A stretch of DNA of 64,000 nt, taken from positions 7 through 64,006 of the forward strand of contig DATNKO010000057.1 in NCBI GenBank assembly GCA_035603345.1, in the 5' to 3' direction. Origin of the DNA: Steroidobacteraceae bacterium (GTDB taxonomy: Bacteria; Pseudomonadota; Gammaproteobacteria; Steroidobacterales; Steroidobacteraceae). The position numbers and the translations under genes were made by a program. Positions 1-9,846 of this stretch are shown in pieces; position 1 is the first letter of the stretch; each line of letters begins with the position of its first letter. The notes under the pieces are model-generated. The model worked only from the letters and a program-made list of their open reading frames with translations. It was not told the DNA's origin and made no database searches.

Positions 1-489
1 CCGCACGTCGAGCGCGCCTTCGTGTCGGTGCGCGCCGAGCAGAGCGCCGAGCCGCTGCGAGCACGCTTTGCGCAGATCCTCGACACGCACGAGAATCTCG
101 GACCAATCGCCGGCATCCTCGCCGCGCAGGCCCGCCATCCGCAGGCCGCCTGGCTGGTGCTAGCGTGCGATCTGCCGCTGCTCGATGCGGCGACGCTCGA
201 GCACCTGCTGCGCTCGCGGGCGCCGCAGCGCGCGGCCACCGCCTACCGCTCGAGCCACGACCGGCTGCCCGAGCCCTTGTGCGCCATCTACGAGCCGCAC
301 GCCCGCGAGGCGCTGACCGCTTATGTCGCCGCCGGCCGCGACTGCCCGCGCAACTTCCTGCTGGGTGCGGACACGCTGCTCATCGACGAGCCGAGTCCGC
401 GCGCACTGGACAACGTCAACACTCCCACGGAGTATGGGAACGCAATGTCCACCGTGATCCGGAGAGCACCATCGAGCCCAGACACCTGA
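1..489 (+). CDS. mobA: molybdenum cofactor guanylyltransferase MobA, C-terminal part (5' end outside window)
   Basis: Frame is open from nt 1. Translation has MobA-like LVLACDLPLL and EPLCAIYEP segments. It is followed by moaD and moaE. Confidence 0.75.
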   Translation, partial: PHVERAFVSVRAEQSAEPLRARFAQILDTHENLGPIAGILAAQARHPQAAWLVLACDLPLLDAATLEHLLRSRAPQRAATAYRSSHDRLPEPLCAIYEPHAREALTAYVAAGRDCPRNFLLGADTLLIDEPSPRALDNVNTPTEYGNAMSTVIRRAPSSPDT

Positions 490-719
490 ACGTCGGGTAC
501 TACGCGCTGCTGCGCGAGCAGGCAGGCCGGCGCGAGGAAGCACTGGTGAGCGGCGCGCACACCGCACAGGATCTGTATGCGGAGCTCGCCCGACGCTACC
601 GCTTCTCGCTCGCGCCGGGGGCGTTGCGCGTCGCCATCAACGGCGAGTTCGCCGAGTGGTCGACTCCGCTCGCCGACGGCGATGCGGTGGTATTCATCCC
701 CCCCGTGGCGGGTGGCTGA
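486..719 (+). CDS. moaD: molybdopterin synthase sulfur-carrier subunit MoaD (start codon unresolved)
   Basis: The tail of ORF 165..719 reads LNVGYYALLREQAG...DGDAVVFIPPVAGG, with a C-terminal GG and MoaD length. There is no ATG/GTG/TTG near the homologous N-terminus; CTG 486 or ATC 471 are the candidates. Confidence 0.65.
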   Translation: MNVGYYALLREQAGRREEALVSGAHTAQDLYAELARRYRFSLAPGALRVAINGEFAEWSTPLADGDAVVFIPPVAGG

Positions 720-731
720 CAGCCGCGCGGC

Positions 732-1202
732 ATGCCGTTCCAGTTCAGCAGTGAGCCGCTCGAGCCCGCAACGCTGCGCGCCCAGCTCGCCGACCCCGCG
801 TGCGGCGGCTTTGCGGCGTTCGAAGGCTGGGTCCGCGACCACAACGACGGCTCACCGGTGCGGCGCCTGGAGTACGAGGCCTTCGAGCCGCTGGCGGTAC
901 GCGAGGGCGAACGCATCCTCGCCGAGGCCATCGCGCGCTTCGGCGTGGCGCACGCCGCGTGCGCGCACCGCGTGGGTGAGCTCACCGTGGGCGAGCTGGC
1001 GGTGTGGGTCGGGGTGAGCGCGCGCCACCGGGACGAGGCGTTCCGCGCGTGCCGTTACATCATCGACGAGGTCAAGCACCGCCTGCCGATCTGGAAGAAG
1101 GAGCACTACGCCAACGGTGACTCCGGCTGGGTGAACTGCGAGCGCGGCGCGACTACGGCCGGGTCTGACCAGCCCCGCGCACCACGTACTTGTAGCTCGT
1201 GA
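732..1202 (+). CDS. moaE: molybdopterin synthase catalytic subunit MoaE
   Basis: 156 aa with a FEGWVRDHN...LPIWKKE pattern typical of MoaE. It lies directly after moaD. Confidence 0.85.
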   Translation: MPFQFSSEPLEPATLRAQLADPACGGFAAFEGWVRDHNDGSPVRRLEYEAFEPLAVREGERILAEAIARFGVAHAACAHRVGELTVGELAVWVGVSARHRDEAFRACRYIIDEVKHRLPIWKKEHYANGDSGWVNCERGATTAGSDQPRAPRTCSS

Positions 1203-2421
1203 GCTGCTGCACGCCGACCGGCCCGCGCGCGTGCAAGCGGTCGGTGGAGATGCCGATCTCCGCTCCCATGCCGAACTCGCCGCCGTCCGCGAACTGCGTC
1301 GAGGCGTTGTGCAGCACGATGGCGCTGTCGACCCGTTGCAGAAAGCGCTCGGCGGTCGCCTGATTCTCGGTGACGATCGACTCGGTGTGCGCCGAGCCGT
1401 AGCGCGCGATGTGCGCGATCGCCTCATCGACGTCCGCCACCACGCGCGCGGCGATGATCGCGTCCAGGTACTCGGTGTACCAGTCGTCCTCACTTGCCGC
1501 ACGCACGCGCGCGTCGACCTGCCGCACCGTCGCATCGCCGCGCACCTCGCAGCCGGCATCGAGCAGGTCGCGCACGATCGGACCCAGGTGCGTCGCCACG
1601 CAGGCGCGGTCGACGAGCAGCGTCTCGGCGGCGCCGCAGATGCCGGTGCGGCGCATCTTGGCGTTCAGCGCGATGGCGCGCGCCATGCCCACGTCGGCGT
1701 CGCGATCGATATACACGTGGCAGTTGCCTTCCAGGTGTCCGATTACCGGCACGCGCGCCTCCTGCTGCACCCGCGCCACCAGCGTCTTGCCGCCGCGCGG
1801 CACGATGACGTCGAGATATTCGCTCATCCCGGCAAGCATGTAGCCGACTGCGGCCCGCTCGGTGGTGGGCACGAGCTGAATGCACGCCGCCGGCAGCCCC
1901 GCGGCCTTGAGCCCCTCCGCCAGGCACGCATACAGCGCGGCGTTGGAATGCCGGCTCTCGGAGCCGCCGCGCAGGATCACTGCGTTGCCCGACTTGAGGC
2001 ATAGCGCGCCGGCATCCACCGTCACGTTGGGACGACTCTCGTAGATCACGCCGATGACACCGAGCGGCACCACCACGCGCTGGATCCTCAGCCCGTTCGG
2101 CCGCTGCCATTCGGCCGCCACGCGCCCGATCGGATCGGGGAGCGCGATGACCGCCGCGACGCTCGCGGCGATCGCCTCCAGGCGCTCGGCATCGAGCCGC
2201 AGCCGCTCGAGCCGCGGTCCGCTGGTGCGCGCGGCACGCGCCGCGGCCATGTCGCGCTCGTTGGCGGCGAGTATCTCGCTGCGGCGCGCGCCGACCGCGG
2301 CCGCGGTGGCCGCGAGCGCCGCGTCCTTGGCGGCGGTGCCGATGTTCGCCAGCACCGTGGCAGCGTCGGTGGCCGCCTTGCCGAGCCCTTCCATCAGGGC
2401 GCCGAGTTGCCCGTGATCCAT
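1153..2421 (-). CDS. proA: gamma-glutamyl phosphate reductase
   Basis: 422 aa with [31 protein letters not shown] and a C-terminal [16 protein letters not shown], both typical of ProA. Confidence 0.95.
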   Translation of the reverse strand: MDHGQLGALMEGLGKAATDAATVLANIGTAAKDAALAATAAAVGARRSEILAANERDMAAARAARTSGPRLERLRLDAERLEAIAASVAAVIALPDPIGRVAAEWQRPNGLRIQRVVVPLGVIGVIYESRPNVTVDAGALCLKSGNAVILRGGSESRHSNAALYACLAEGLKAAGLPAACIQLVPTTERAAVGYMLAGMSEYLDVIVPRGGKTLVARVQQEARVPVIGHLEGNCHVYIDRDADVGMARAIALNAKMRRTGICGAAETLLVDRACVATHLGPIVRDLLDAGCEVRGDATVRQVDARVRAASEDDWYTEYLDAIIAARVVADVDEAIAHIARYGSAHTESIVTENQATAERFLQRVDSAIVLHNASTQFADGGEFGMGAEIGISTDRLHARGPVGVQQLTSYKYVVRGAGQTRP

Positions 2422-2433
2422 GCGAACCTGCGC

Positions 2434-3600
2434 CTAACTCGCCGCGCGCCCGCGCGCCGCCGCCGGCGGCAGCAGCACCAGGTCGTCACGGTGAATCATT
2501 TCGTCGCGGCCGCGGAAACCGAGCAGCGCCTCGATCTCCGAGGAGCGGCGCCCGATGATGCGCGCCGCGTCGGCGTCCGAGTAGGCGACGATGCCGCGTG
2601 CCACCTCGGTGCCGTCGGCCGCCAGCACGCTCACCGTGTCGCCGCGGTCGAAGCGGCCGCGCGTCGCAGTAACGCCTGCCGGCAGCAGGCTGCGGCCGTC
2701 CGCGAGCGCGCGCAGTGCCCCGGCGTCGATGCTGATGGCGCCCGCTGGCTGCAGCGTGCCTGCGATCCACTGCTTGCGCGCCGCTGCCGGCGTCGCGCTC
2801 GGCACGAACCAGGTGCACGCCGCACCCTCCTCGATGCGCCTGAGCGGATGAGGGTGACCGCCAGCGGCGATGCACATGTGGCAGCCGGCCGCGACCGCGA
2901 TCTTCGCCGCGAGGATCTTGGTCGCCATGCCGCCCGAGCCGAGCGCCGATGCCGTACGGCCCGCCATGGCCTCGATCTCCGGCCCTATGTGCCGCACCTC
3001 CGGCACGATCTGCGCGCGCGGATCCCGCTTGGGATCGGCGCTGAACAACCCCTCGACGTCCGACAGCAGCACCAGGCAATCAGCGACCGCCATCTGTGCG
3101 ACCCGTGCCGCGAGCCGATCGTTGTCGCCGTAACGGATCTCCGCCGTCGCCACCGTGTCGTTCTCGTTGACGACCGGCAGCGCCCCGTGTGCCAGCAGCG
3201 CTTCGAGCGTGGCGCGCGCGTTCAGGTAGCGGCGGCGCCGCTCGCTGTCCTCCAGCGTCAGCAGCACCTGTGCCACCGTCACGCCGTGATCCTCGAGCAG
3301 CTCCTTGTAGGCGTGCGCCAGGCGGATCTGCCCGACGGCCGCCGCCGCCTGGCTCTCCTCGAGCCGCAGCGTCCCGGACGGCAGGCCCAGCCGTCGCCGG
3401 CCGAGTGCGATGGCGCCCGAGGACACGAGGATCACCGGCTGCCCGCGCTGGCGCAGGCGCAGCAGATCCTCCACCAGGGTCGCGAGCCAGGCGCGGTTGA
3501 CGCGGCCGCTCGCCGGGTCGACCAGCAGCGCCGACCCTACCTTGACCACGATGCGTCGTGCGCGCATCAGGGGCGCGGCGTTGTGGGCGGGCTGGGTCAT
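2434..3600 (-). CDS. proB: glutamate 5-kinase (with PUA domain)
   Basis: 388 aa with an N-terminal RIVVKVGSALL kinase motif and a C-terminal PUA-like region. It lies immediately upstream of proA. Confidence 0.95.
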   Translation of the reverse strand: MTQPAHNAAPLMRARRIVVKVGSALLVDPASGRVNRAWLATLVEDLLRLRQRGQPVILVSSGAIALGRRRLGLPSGTLRLEESQAAAAVGQIRLAHAYKELLEDHGVTVAQVLLTLEDSERRRRYLNARATLEALLAHGALPVVNENDTVATAEIRYGDNDRLAARVAQMAVADCLVLLSDVEGLFSADPKRDPRAQIVPEVRHIGPEIEAMAGRTASALGSGGMATKILAAKIAVAAGCHMCIAAGGHPHPLRRIEEGAACTWFVPSATPAAARKQWIAGTLQPAGAISIDAGALRALADGRSLLPAGVTATRGRFDRGDTVSVLAADGTEVARGIVAYSDADAARIIGRRSSEIEALLGFRGRDEMIHRDDLVLLPPAAARGRAAS

Positions 3601-3692
3601 GGCGGGAAAACTATACGCAAACGAGCTGCGTTGCCCAACCGCAGCCCAGCCCCTAAACTGTCTGCGCGCAAAGTCGACAGCAGGGTGGCGCG

Positions 3693-4010
3693 GTGAGCAG
3701 AGACTACGAGCCGGTTCCCGGACAGTGGTACGAGAACCTGGAAGAAGAAGAACAGTTCCGCGTCCTGTCCATCGATGAGGACTCGGAGCTCATCGAAATC
3801 GAATATCTCGACGGCGACATCGAGGAGCTGGACCTCGAGGCCTGGCACGAGATGGATCTGGAGAAAATCGCGGTGCCCGAGGGCTGGTCGGAAGACGACG
3901 ACGACTCGGACGAGGACGAAGAGGAATGGGAAGAGGACGACGACGACGAGGACGATGACGACTTTGACGAGGACGATGAAGACGGCGACGACGAGCAGGA
4001 TGAATATTGA
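3693..4010 (+). CDS. small hyper-acidic protein of unknown function
   Basis: 105 aa with a GTG start. The N-terminal half is globular (PGQWYENLEEEEQFRVLSIDEDSELIEIEYLDGD). The last ~45 residues are almost entirely D/E. Confidence 0.6.
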   Translation: MSRDYEPVPGQWYENLEEEEQFRVLSIDEDSELIEIEYLDGDIEELDLEAWHEMDLEKIAVPEGWSEDDDDSDEDEEEWEEDDDDEDDDDFDEDDEDGDDEQDEY

Positions 4011-5068
4011 CCGCTTCGGGCGTCGATAGCTGGTTTCACGAAAAAGAATCCGCCTGGCTGTACTGCCGGGTCGCCGCGGCGGAGCCCGATCCCCACAAGC
4101 GCCAACTGTTCGAACAGCTGGCTGCGGCCGCCGAAGATCAGGCGCGTCGCTGGGAGCAGGCCGCGGCTCGCGGCACCGCCCCGGGGAGCGCCGCATCGCC
4201 GCGCCTGTTCACGCCGTCGCTGCGGGCACGGATCGTGGCGCGGCTGCTGCGCCACCTCGAGCCGCGCTCCATGCGGGCGGTGCTCGCGGCGATGAAGCTG
4301 CGCGGCCTTTCGGTGTACAGCGCCGCCCCCGGCGGTCTGGCCGGTCACGCGATGCCGACCTCGCTCACCGAGATCGGCGCGCGCCACCGCAGCAGCCTGG
4401 GGGGCACGCTGCGCGCCTCGGTGTTCGGCGTAAATGACGGTTTAGTTTCAAATATGAGTCTGGTGCTCGGCGTGGCCGGTGCCGGCGCCGGCAATGGCTA
4501 CGTGCTCACCACCGGGGCCGCGGGACTCCTGGCCGGCGCACTGTCGATGGCCGCCGGCGAATACGTCTCGGTGCGCTCGCAGCGCGAGATGTACGAATAC
4601 CAGATGGCGCTCGAGCGCGAGGAGCTCGCCGAGTACCCGGAGGAGGAAGCCGAGGAGCTGGCGCTCATCTACCAGGCGCGCGGCGTGGAGCTCGAGCAGG
4701 CGCGCGCGATCAGCCGCGCGCTGCTGGCGCACCCCGCCCAGGCGCTCGATGTGTTGGCGCGCGAAGAGCTCGGACTGAACCCCGACGATCTGGGATCGCC
4801 GTGGCGGGCGGCGCTATCCTCGTTCGTCACCTTCGCCGCCGGCGCCGCCGTGCCGCTGGTCCCGTTCCTGCTGCACCAGCGGGCCGCGCACGCCATCGGC
4901 GCGGCAGTGGTGCTGACGGCCGCGGCCCTGTTCGCGGTCGGTCTCGGCCTGTCGCTGTTCACGGGCCGGGACGCGCTGCGCAGCGCGCTGCGCATGATGC
5001 TGATCGGCGGCGCCGCCGGCCTGGTGTGCTTCCTCGTCGGACGCGCGCTCGGCGTCGCCATCGGTTGA
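4007..5068 (+). CDS. VIT1/CCC1-family (Fe/Mn) transporter with an N-terminal helical extension
   Basis: GVNDGLVSNMSLVLGVAG and REMYEYQMALEREEL motifs plus C-terminal TM helices are typical of the VIT family. Its TTG start overlaps the stop of the acidic ORF. Confidence 0.8.
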   Translation: MTASGVDSWFHEKESAWLYCRVAAAEPDPHKRQLFEQLAAAAEDQARRWEQAAARGTAPGSAASPRLFTPSLRARIVARLLRHLEPRSMRAVLAAMKLRGLSVYSAAPGGLAGHAMPTSLTEIGARHRSSLGGTLRASVFGVNDGLVSNMSLVLGVAGAGAGNGYVLTTGAAGLLAGALSMAAGEYVSVRSQREMYEYQMALEREELAEYPEEEAEELALIYQARGVELEQARAISRALLAHPAQALDVLAREELGLNPDDLGSPWRAALSSFVTFAAGAAVPLVPFLLHQRAAHAIGAAVVLTAAALFAVGLGLSLFTGRDALRSALRMMLIGGAAGLVCFLVGRALGVAIG

Positions 5069-5080
5069 GGCGGCAGCGCT

Positions 5081-5109
5081 CTTGAAATTCCCGTCGCCAG
5101 CCCCAGGCT
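5081..5109 (+). promoter_or_regulatory. candidate sigma-32 (RpoH) heat-shock promoter for htpX
   Basis: CTTGAA (5081-5086), a 14-nt spacer, then CCCCAGGCT (5101-5109). The sigma-32 consensus is CTTGAA-N13-17-CCCCATNT. The element ends ~35 nt upstream of the htpX ATG. Confidence 0.4.
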
Positions 5110-5143
5110 GGCGAGGCTGCAACGGTAACGGTAAAGTGCTGCC

Positions 5144-6028
5144 ATGAAACGCATCGTGTTGTTCCTCGCGACCAACCTCGCCGTCGTGCTGGTGCTGACG
5201 GTGGCCGCGCATCTGCTCGGCCTCGATACCTGGCTCACCGTACACGGCACCAGCCTGGGCGGCCTGGCGGTGTTTGCGCTGTTCTGGGGCTTCGGCGGCT
5301 CGTTCATCTCGCTCGCCCTGTCGAAGTGGATGGCCAAGCGCAGCATGGGAGTGCGCGTCATCGGCCAGTCGGGCGATCCGACCGAGCAATGGCTGCTCGC
5401 GGTGGTCGAGCGCCATGCGCAGGCCGCCGGCGTCGGCATGCCGGAGGTCGGCATCTTCGATTCGCCGGAACCGAACGCGTTCGCTACCGGCGCCAACCGC
5501 AATGCGGCGCTGGTCGCGGTCAGCAGCGGGCTGCTGCAGCGCATGAACCGCGAGGAGATCACCGCGGTGCTGGGGCACGAGATGACCCACGTCGCCAACG
5601 GCGACATGGTGACGCTCGCCCTGATCCAGGGCGTCGTCAACGCTTTCGTGATCTTCCTGTCGCGCATCATCGGCAACATCGTCGATCGCGCGCTGTTTCG
5701 TTCGGACGATGGCCGCGGCATCGCCTACTTCGCCAGCGTGATCGTCAGCCAGATATTGCTCGGCATCCTCGCCAGCATGATCGTGCTGTGGTTCTCGCGG
5801 TGGCGCGAGTTCCGTGCCGATCGCGGCGGGGCGCAGCTCGCCGGCCGCAGCAACATGATCGACGCGCTGGAGGAGCTCAAGCGCGTGCACGAGCCGCTGC
5901 CCACGCGGCAGCTGGCGGCCTTCGGCATCGCCGGCGGCGATGCGGGTCACGGCCTCAGGCGCCTCTTCATGAGCCATCCGCCGCTCGATGAGCGCATCGC
6001 GGCGCTGCGGGCGCTGTCGATTCCCTGA
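5144..6028 (+). CDS. htpX: membrane zinc metalloprotease HtpX
   Basis: 294 aa with an N-terminal TM helix, the HEMTH zinc motif (GHEMTHVANGDM) and HtpX architecture. Confidence 0.95.
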   Translation: MKRIVLFLATNLAVVLVLTVAAHLLGLDTWLTVHGTSLGGLAVFALFWGFGGSFISLALSKWMAKRSMGVRVIGQSGDPTEQWLLAVVERHAQAAGVGMPEVGIFDSPEPNAFATGANRNAALVAVSSGLLQRMNREEITAVLGHEMTHVANGDMVTLALIQGVVNAFVIFLSRIIGNIVDRALFRSDDGRGIAYFASVIVSQILLGILASMIVLWFSRWREFRADRGGAQLAGRSNMIDALEELKRVHEPLPTRQLAAFGIAGGDAGHGLRRLFMSHPPLDERIAALRALSIP

Positions 6029-6043
6029 CGGAGACACGAGCGG

Positions 6044-7519
6044 TTGACCGCCGCCGGGCCGGATGACGCTGCGGGCGGACCCGCCGAAGGCGCGGCCCGC
6101 AAGCCCGATGCCGCTGGCGCCGCGCTGGATGCGCTGCGCGGCATTCTCGGCGCGGACGGTCTCCTGAGCGGCGCGGAATGCGCGCCCTACCTCGTCGATC
6201 ACCGGCGGCTCTACCAGGGACGCGCGCTCGGCGTCGCGCTGCCGCGTAGCGTCGCGCAGGTCTCGCAGCTGCTCGCGTGGTGCGATACGCGGCGCATCGG
6301 CGTGGTGCCGCACGGCGGCAATACCGGCTACTGCGGCGGCGCAACCCCGGACGAGTCGGGGCGGCAGCTGGTGCTGTCGCTCGCGCGGCTCAATCGCATC
6401 CGCAGCGTCGATCGGGCCAATTACTCCCTGACCGCCGAAGCCGGCTGTATCCTCGCGCACGTGCAGCAGGCGGCGGCGGACGCGCAGCTGTTCTTCCCGC
6501 TCAGCCTCGGCTCCGAGGGCAGCTGCCAGATCGGCGGCAATCTCTCCACCAACGCCGGCGGCACCGCGGTGCTGCGCTACGGCATGATGCGCGAGCTGGT
6601 GCTGGGGCTCGAGGTGGTGCTCGCCGACGGGCGGGTGCTCGAGTGTCTCTCGGCTCTGCGCAAAGACAACACCGGCTACGATATACGCGGCCTGTTCCTC
6701 GGCGCGGAAGGCACGCTCGGGGTGATCACCGCCGCGAGCCTGAAACTGTTCCCGCAGATCGCGAGCGTCGCCACCGCGTTTGCCGCTGTCGCCGGCGTGG
6801 GCGCCGCGGTAACGCTGCTGGCGCGCCTGCGCGCGGCCAGCGGCGATCGGGTCAGCTCCTTCGAGCTCATCCCGCGCATCGGCGTCGAGCTCACGACCCG
6901 GCACGTTCCCGGGGTCACCGACCCGCTCGGCGCGCCGCACGCCTGGTACGTGCTGTGCGAGCTCAGCTCCGCGCGCGCTGATGAGCCGCTCGATGCCGTG
7001 CTTACCGAGGCGCTCGGCGCGGCGCTCAACGACCGCCTGGTGCTCGATGCCGCCGTGGCCGGCAGCGGACGCGAGCGCGATGCGCTGTGGAAGCTGCGTG
7101 AAACCATCCCCGAGGCGCAGCGCAAGGAGGGCGCGGGACTCAAGCACGATATCTCCGTGCCCCTGAGCGCACTGCCCGAGTTCCTCGAGCGCGGCGCCGC
7201 CTGGGTGAGCGCCCATGTACCCGGCGCGCGCCTGGTCGCCTACGGCCACGTGGGCGACGGCAACCTGCATTTCAATCTCACCGAGGCGCCGGGGGCGGCT
7301 GCCGGCGCCCTCGGCGCGCGCGCCGCCGAGGTGCAACGGGCGCTGCACGATCTGGCGGTCTCGCTCGGCGGCAGCTTCAGCGCCGAGCACGGCATCGGCC
7401 GGCTCAAGGTTGACGAGCTGGAGCGTTATGCTCCCCCGGTGGAGCTCGAGCTCATGCGCGCGGTGAAGCGCGCGTTCGATCCCCACGGCATCATGAATCC
7501 CGGCAAAGTGCTGCGCTGA
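6044..7519 (+). CDS. FAD-linked oxidase (GlcD / D-2-hydroxyacid dehydrogenase-like)
   Basis: Has a VVPHGGNTGYCGGATP FAD-binding PCMH segment and a C-terminal SAEHGIGRLK...DPHGIMNPGK motif. The start may lie downstream of 6044. Confidence 0.85.
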   Translation: MTAAGPDDAAGGPAEGAARKPDAAGAALDALRGILGADGLLSGAECAPYLVDHRRLYQGRALGVALPRSVAQVSQLLAWCDTRRIGVVPHGGNTGYCGGATPDESGRQLVLSLARLNRIRSVDRANYSLTAEAGCILAHVQQAAADAQLFFPLSLGSEGSCQIGGNLSTNAGGTAVLRYGMMRELVLGLEVVLADGRVLECLSALRKDNTGYDIRGLFLGAEGTLGVITAASLKLFPQIASVATAFAAVAGVGAAVTLLARLRAASGDRVSSFELIPRIGVELTTRHVPGVTDPLGAPHAWYVLCELSSARADEPLDAVLTEALGAALNDRLVLDAAVAGSGRERDALWKLRETIPEAQRKEGAGLKHDISVPLSALPEFLERGAAWVSAHVPGARLVAYGHVGDGNLHFNLTEAPGAAAGALGARAAEVQRALHDLAVSLGGSFSAEHGIGRLKVDELERYAPPVELELMRAVKRAFDPHGIMNPGKVLR

Positions 7520-7528
7520 AAGCCAACC

Positions 7529-8470
7529 ATGTCTCATGTCCGTCTGATCCTCGGCCTGTGCGCGCTGCTCGCGTCCCTCGGTGCCTGCAGCGAGCAGCGC
7601 ACGCCGGCGCCGGCGGCCGCCCCCGCCGCATTGCCCGCGGCCGCCTCGACCGCAGCCGGCGAGGGACCGCGCATTGTCATGTCGGACGACAACGTGCATC
7701 TCGAGTATCACGTGTTGGGACACGGCGATCCGGCGGTCGTGCTGGTGCACGGCTGGGCGGGCAACGAGAACTATTGGCACGAGCAGTTCGACGTGCTGAA
7801 AGCCCGTTACACGGTGGTGGCGGTGAATCTCGCCGGCCACGGAGCGTCCGGGCGCAATCGCACCGACTGGTCGATCGACAACTACGCGCGCGACGTCGCC
7901 ACGATAGTCCGGCAGGTGCCGAACCCGCAGCTGGTGCTGGTCGGGCATTCCATGGGCGCCACCGTGGTGCTGGCCGCGGCGCCGAAGATCGGCCCGCGGG
8001 TGATCGGCATCATCGCGGTGGAGGCGCTGCGCTCGATCGGCGTGCCACCGCTCGCGGCGCCCGAGATCGAAACGCGCGTGGCGCCGTTTCGCGCCGACTT
8101 CATCGGCGCAACCCGCAGGCTCGTGACCGACTCGCTGTTCGAGAAGGGCGCCGACCCGATCCTGGTGCAGAAGGTAGCCTACGACATGTCGCTCAGCCCG
8201 CCGGGCATAGCGGTCGCGAGCCTGCAGGGGCTGCTGGCGCTCGACTTCACCACGCTGCTGCCGAAGGTGCACGTGCCGGTGTACGCCATCAACTCCGATC
8301 TCATGCCGACCGACGTGACGCGCATCCGCAGGACGCTACCGGACTTCACCCTCGATGTGCTGGCGCACACCGGCCATTTCCCCATGCTCGAAGCGCCGCA
8401 GCGCTTCAATCCGCTGCTGTTGAAGGACATCGAGGCGATCAGCGCACGCGCGGCCCGGCAGCCGCGCTGA
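7529..8470 (+). CDS. alpha/beta-fold hydrolase, probable lipoprotein
   Basis: Has a lipobox-like LASLGAC signal, HGWAGN, and a GHSMGA nucleophile elbow. Confidence 0.75.
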   Translation: MSHVRLILGLCALLASLGACSEQRTPAPAAAPAALPAAASTAAGEGPRIVMSDDNVHLEYHVLGHGDPAVVLVHGWAGNENYWHEQFDVLKARYTVVAVNLAGHGASGRNRTDWSIDNYARDVATIVRQVPNPQLVLVGHSMGATVVLAAAPKIGPRVIGIIAVEALRSIGVPPLAAPEIETRVAPFRADFIGATRRLVTDSLFEKGADPILVQKVAYDMSLSPPGIAVASLQGLLALDFTTLLPKVHVPVYAINSDLMPTDVTRIRRTLPDFTLDVLAHTGHFPMLEAPQRFNPLLLKDIEAISARAARQPR

Positions 8471-8480
8471 AGCCAAGCTC

Positions 8481-9344
8481 CTACCGGTCCTTCTTGAGGC
8501 GCACCAGGCCCTCCTGGGCGGCGCTCGCCACCAGGCGGCCGTCGCGCGCGAACACACTGGCGCGCGCGAAGCCGCGCGCACCCGAGGCGCTCGGGCTCTC
8601 GATGGCGTACAGCAGCCAGTCGTCAACGCGCAGCGTGCGGTGAAACCACAGGGCGTGGTCGATGCTCGCCATCACGATGCTCGGCGCCAGGAGCGACGTG
8701 CCGTGCGGCAGCGTCGCCGTATCGAGCAGAAAGAAGTCCGACACGTAGGCGAGCAGCCGCCGGTGCAGCATCTCGCCGTCGGGCAGGGCCGCGACCGCGC
8801 GGAACCAGATCTGACGCACCGGCTCTGCACGCCGCGGGTTCAGGTAATCGATCGGCTGCACGGTGCGGAATTCGAACGGTCGCGGCTGCTCGAAGAAACG
8901 CCGCACCCGCTCCGGCAGGCGCTCGAGCTGCTGCGGCGGCGGCCCGCCGGGGCCCGGCAGCTCCTCCGGCTTCGGCACCTGCGGCATCGCGATCTGGTGA
9001 TCGAAGCCGCTCTCGGCCACCTGGAACGAGGCGGTCATGTTGAAGATCTGCTGGCCGTGCTGGATGGCGACCACGCGGCGGTTCGAGAAGCTGTGACCGT
9101 CGAGGCTGCGATCGACCTCGTACACGATCGGCGCGTTGCAGTCGCCGCGCCGCAGGAAATAAGCATGCAGCGAGTGCACCACGCGCCCATCGACCGTGGC
9201 GGCGGCCGCGCTCAGCGCCTGGCCGAGCACCTGGCCGCCAAACACCTGGGGCGCCCCGCTGTCGCGGCTCTCGCCGCGGAACAGATTCACCTCCAGCTGC
9301 TCGAGCTCGAGCAGTTGCAGGAGATCGGCGAGACGCTGGTCCAT
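8481..9344 (-). CDS. tesB: acyl-CoA thioesterase II
   Basis: 287 aa, collinear with E. coli TesB (LLELEQLEVNLFRGESRD..., FGGQVLGQAL, IDHALWFHR). Confidence 0.9.
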   Translation of the reverse strand: MDQRLADLLQLLELEQLEVNLFRGESRDSGAPQVFGGQVLGQALSAAAATVDGRVVHSLHAYFLRRGDCNAPIVYEVDRSLDGHSFSNRRVVAIQHGQQIFNMTASFQVAESGFDHQIAMPQVPKPEELPGPGGPPPQQLERLPERVRRFFEQPRPFEFRTVQPIDYLNPRRAEPVRQIWFRAVAALPDGEMLHRRLLAYVSDFFLLDTATLPHGTSLLAPSIVMASIDHALWFHRTLRVDDWLLYAIESPSASGARGFARASVFARDGRLVASAAQEGLVRLKKDR

Positions 9345-9362
9345 TTCCCCGCAGCAGCCTCG

Positions 9363-9824
9363 TCAGCCGAAGATGAACTTGCCGTGCATCAGGGCGCTAT
9401 GGCCGGGGAAAGTGCACAGGTAGCTGTAGTCGCCGCCCTTCTTCAGGATCGACGCCGGGAAGGTGACGCTGGTGGTGTCGCCGCCGCCGATCACCTTGGT
9501 GTGCGCCAGCACGCGCTTGTCGCCCGGGGCGACGTAGTTGTTGGCAAGACCCGCCGCCAGGCCCGCCTGGGCCACCGCGGCCAGGTCCGCGGTCTGGACC
9601 AGCGCCCAGTCGTGGCCCATCACCTCGCGCGGCTGCTTGCCGGCATGATGCAGCGTCACGGTGATCTCCTTGCAGGTAGCGGGCACCGACAGCTGCTGCT
9701 TGTCGTACTGCATCACGTCGTTGCCGCTGATCTCGACCTTGCAGGGGTCCGCGTGGGCGAGCATCGGCAGTGCCAGCGCGCCGAGCAGTGCGCCCGCGGC
9801 GAGGGTATTGCGCATCAGGTTCAT
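9363..9824 (-). CDS. azu: azurin (blue copper protein) precursor
   Basis: Has a signal peptide plus MGHDWAL and the copper-ligand motif YLCTFPGHSALMHG. Confidence 0.95.
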   Translation of the reverse strand: MNLMRNTLAAGALLGALALPMLAHADPCKVEISGNDVMQYDKQQLSVPATCKEITVTLHHAGKQPREVMGHDWALVQTADLAAVAQAGLAAGLANNYVAPGDKRVLAHTKVIGGGDTTSVTFPASILKKGGDYSYLCTFPGHSALMHGKFIFG

Positions 9825-9846
9825 GTTGGTTACTCCATTGATAGTG

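Noticed and set aside
1153-1202. 50-nt convergent 3' overlap of moaE and proA as a regulatory feature
   Set aside because: The proA C-terminus is canonical. The moaE tail is a ~10-aa non-conserved extension, so this is most simply a late stop codon in GC-rich sequence.
4814-8272. 1152-aa ORF on the minus strand
   Set aside because: It is antisense to four well-supported plus-strand genes (VIT, htpX, FAD oxidase, hydrolase). The translation is Arg/Ala/Gly-rich with no motifs. This is a typical high-GC stop-codon-poor artefact.
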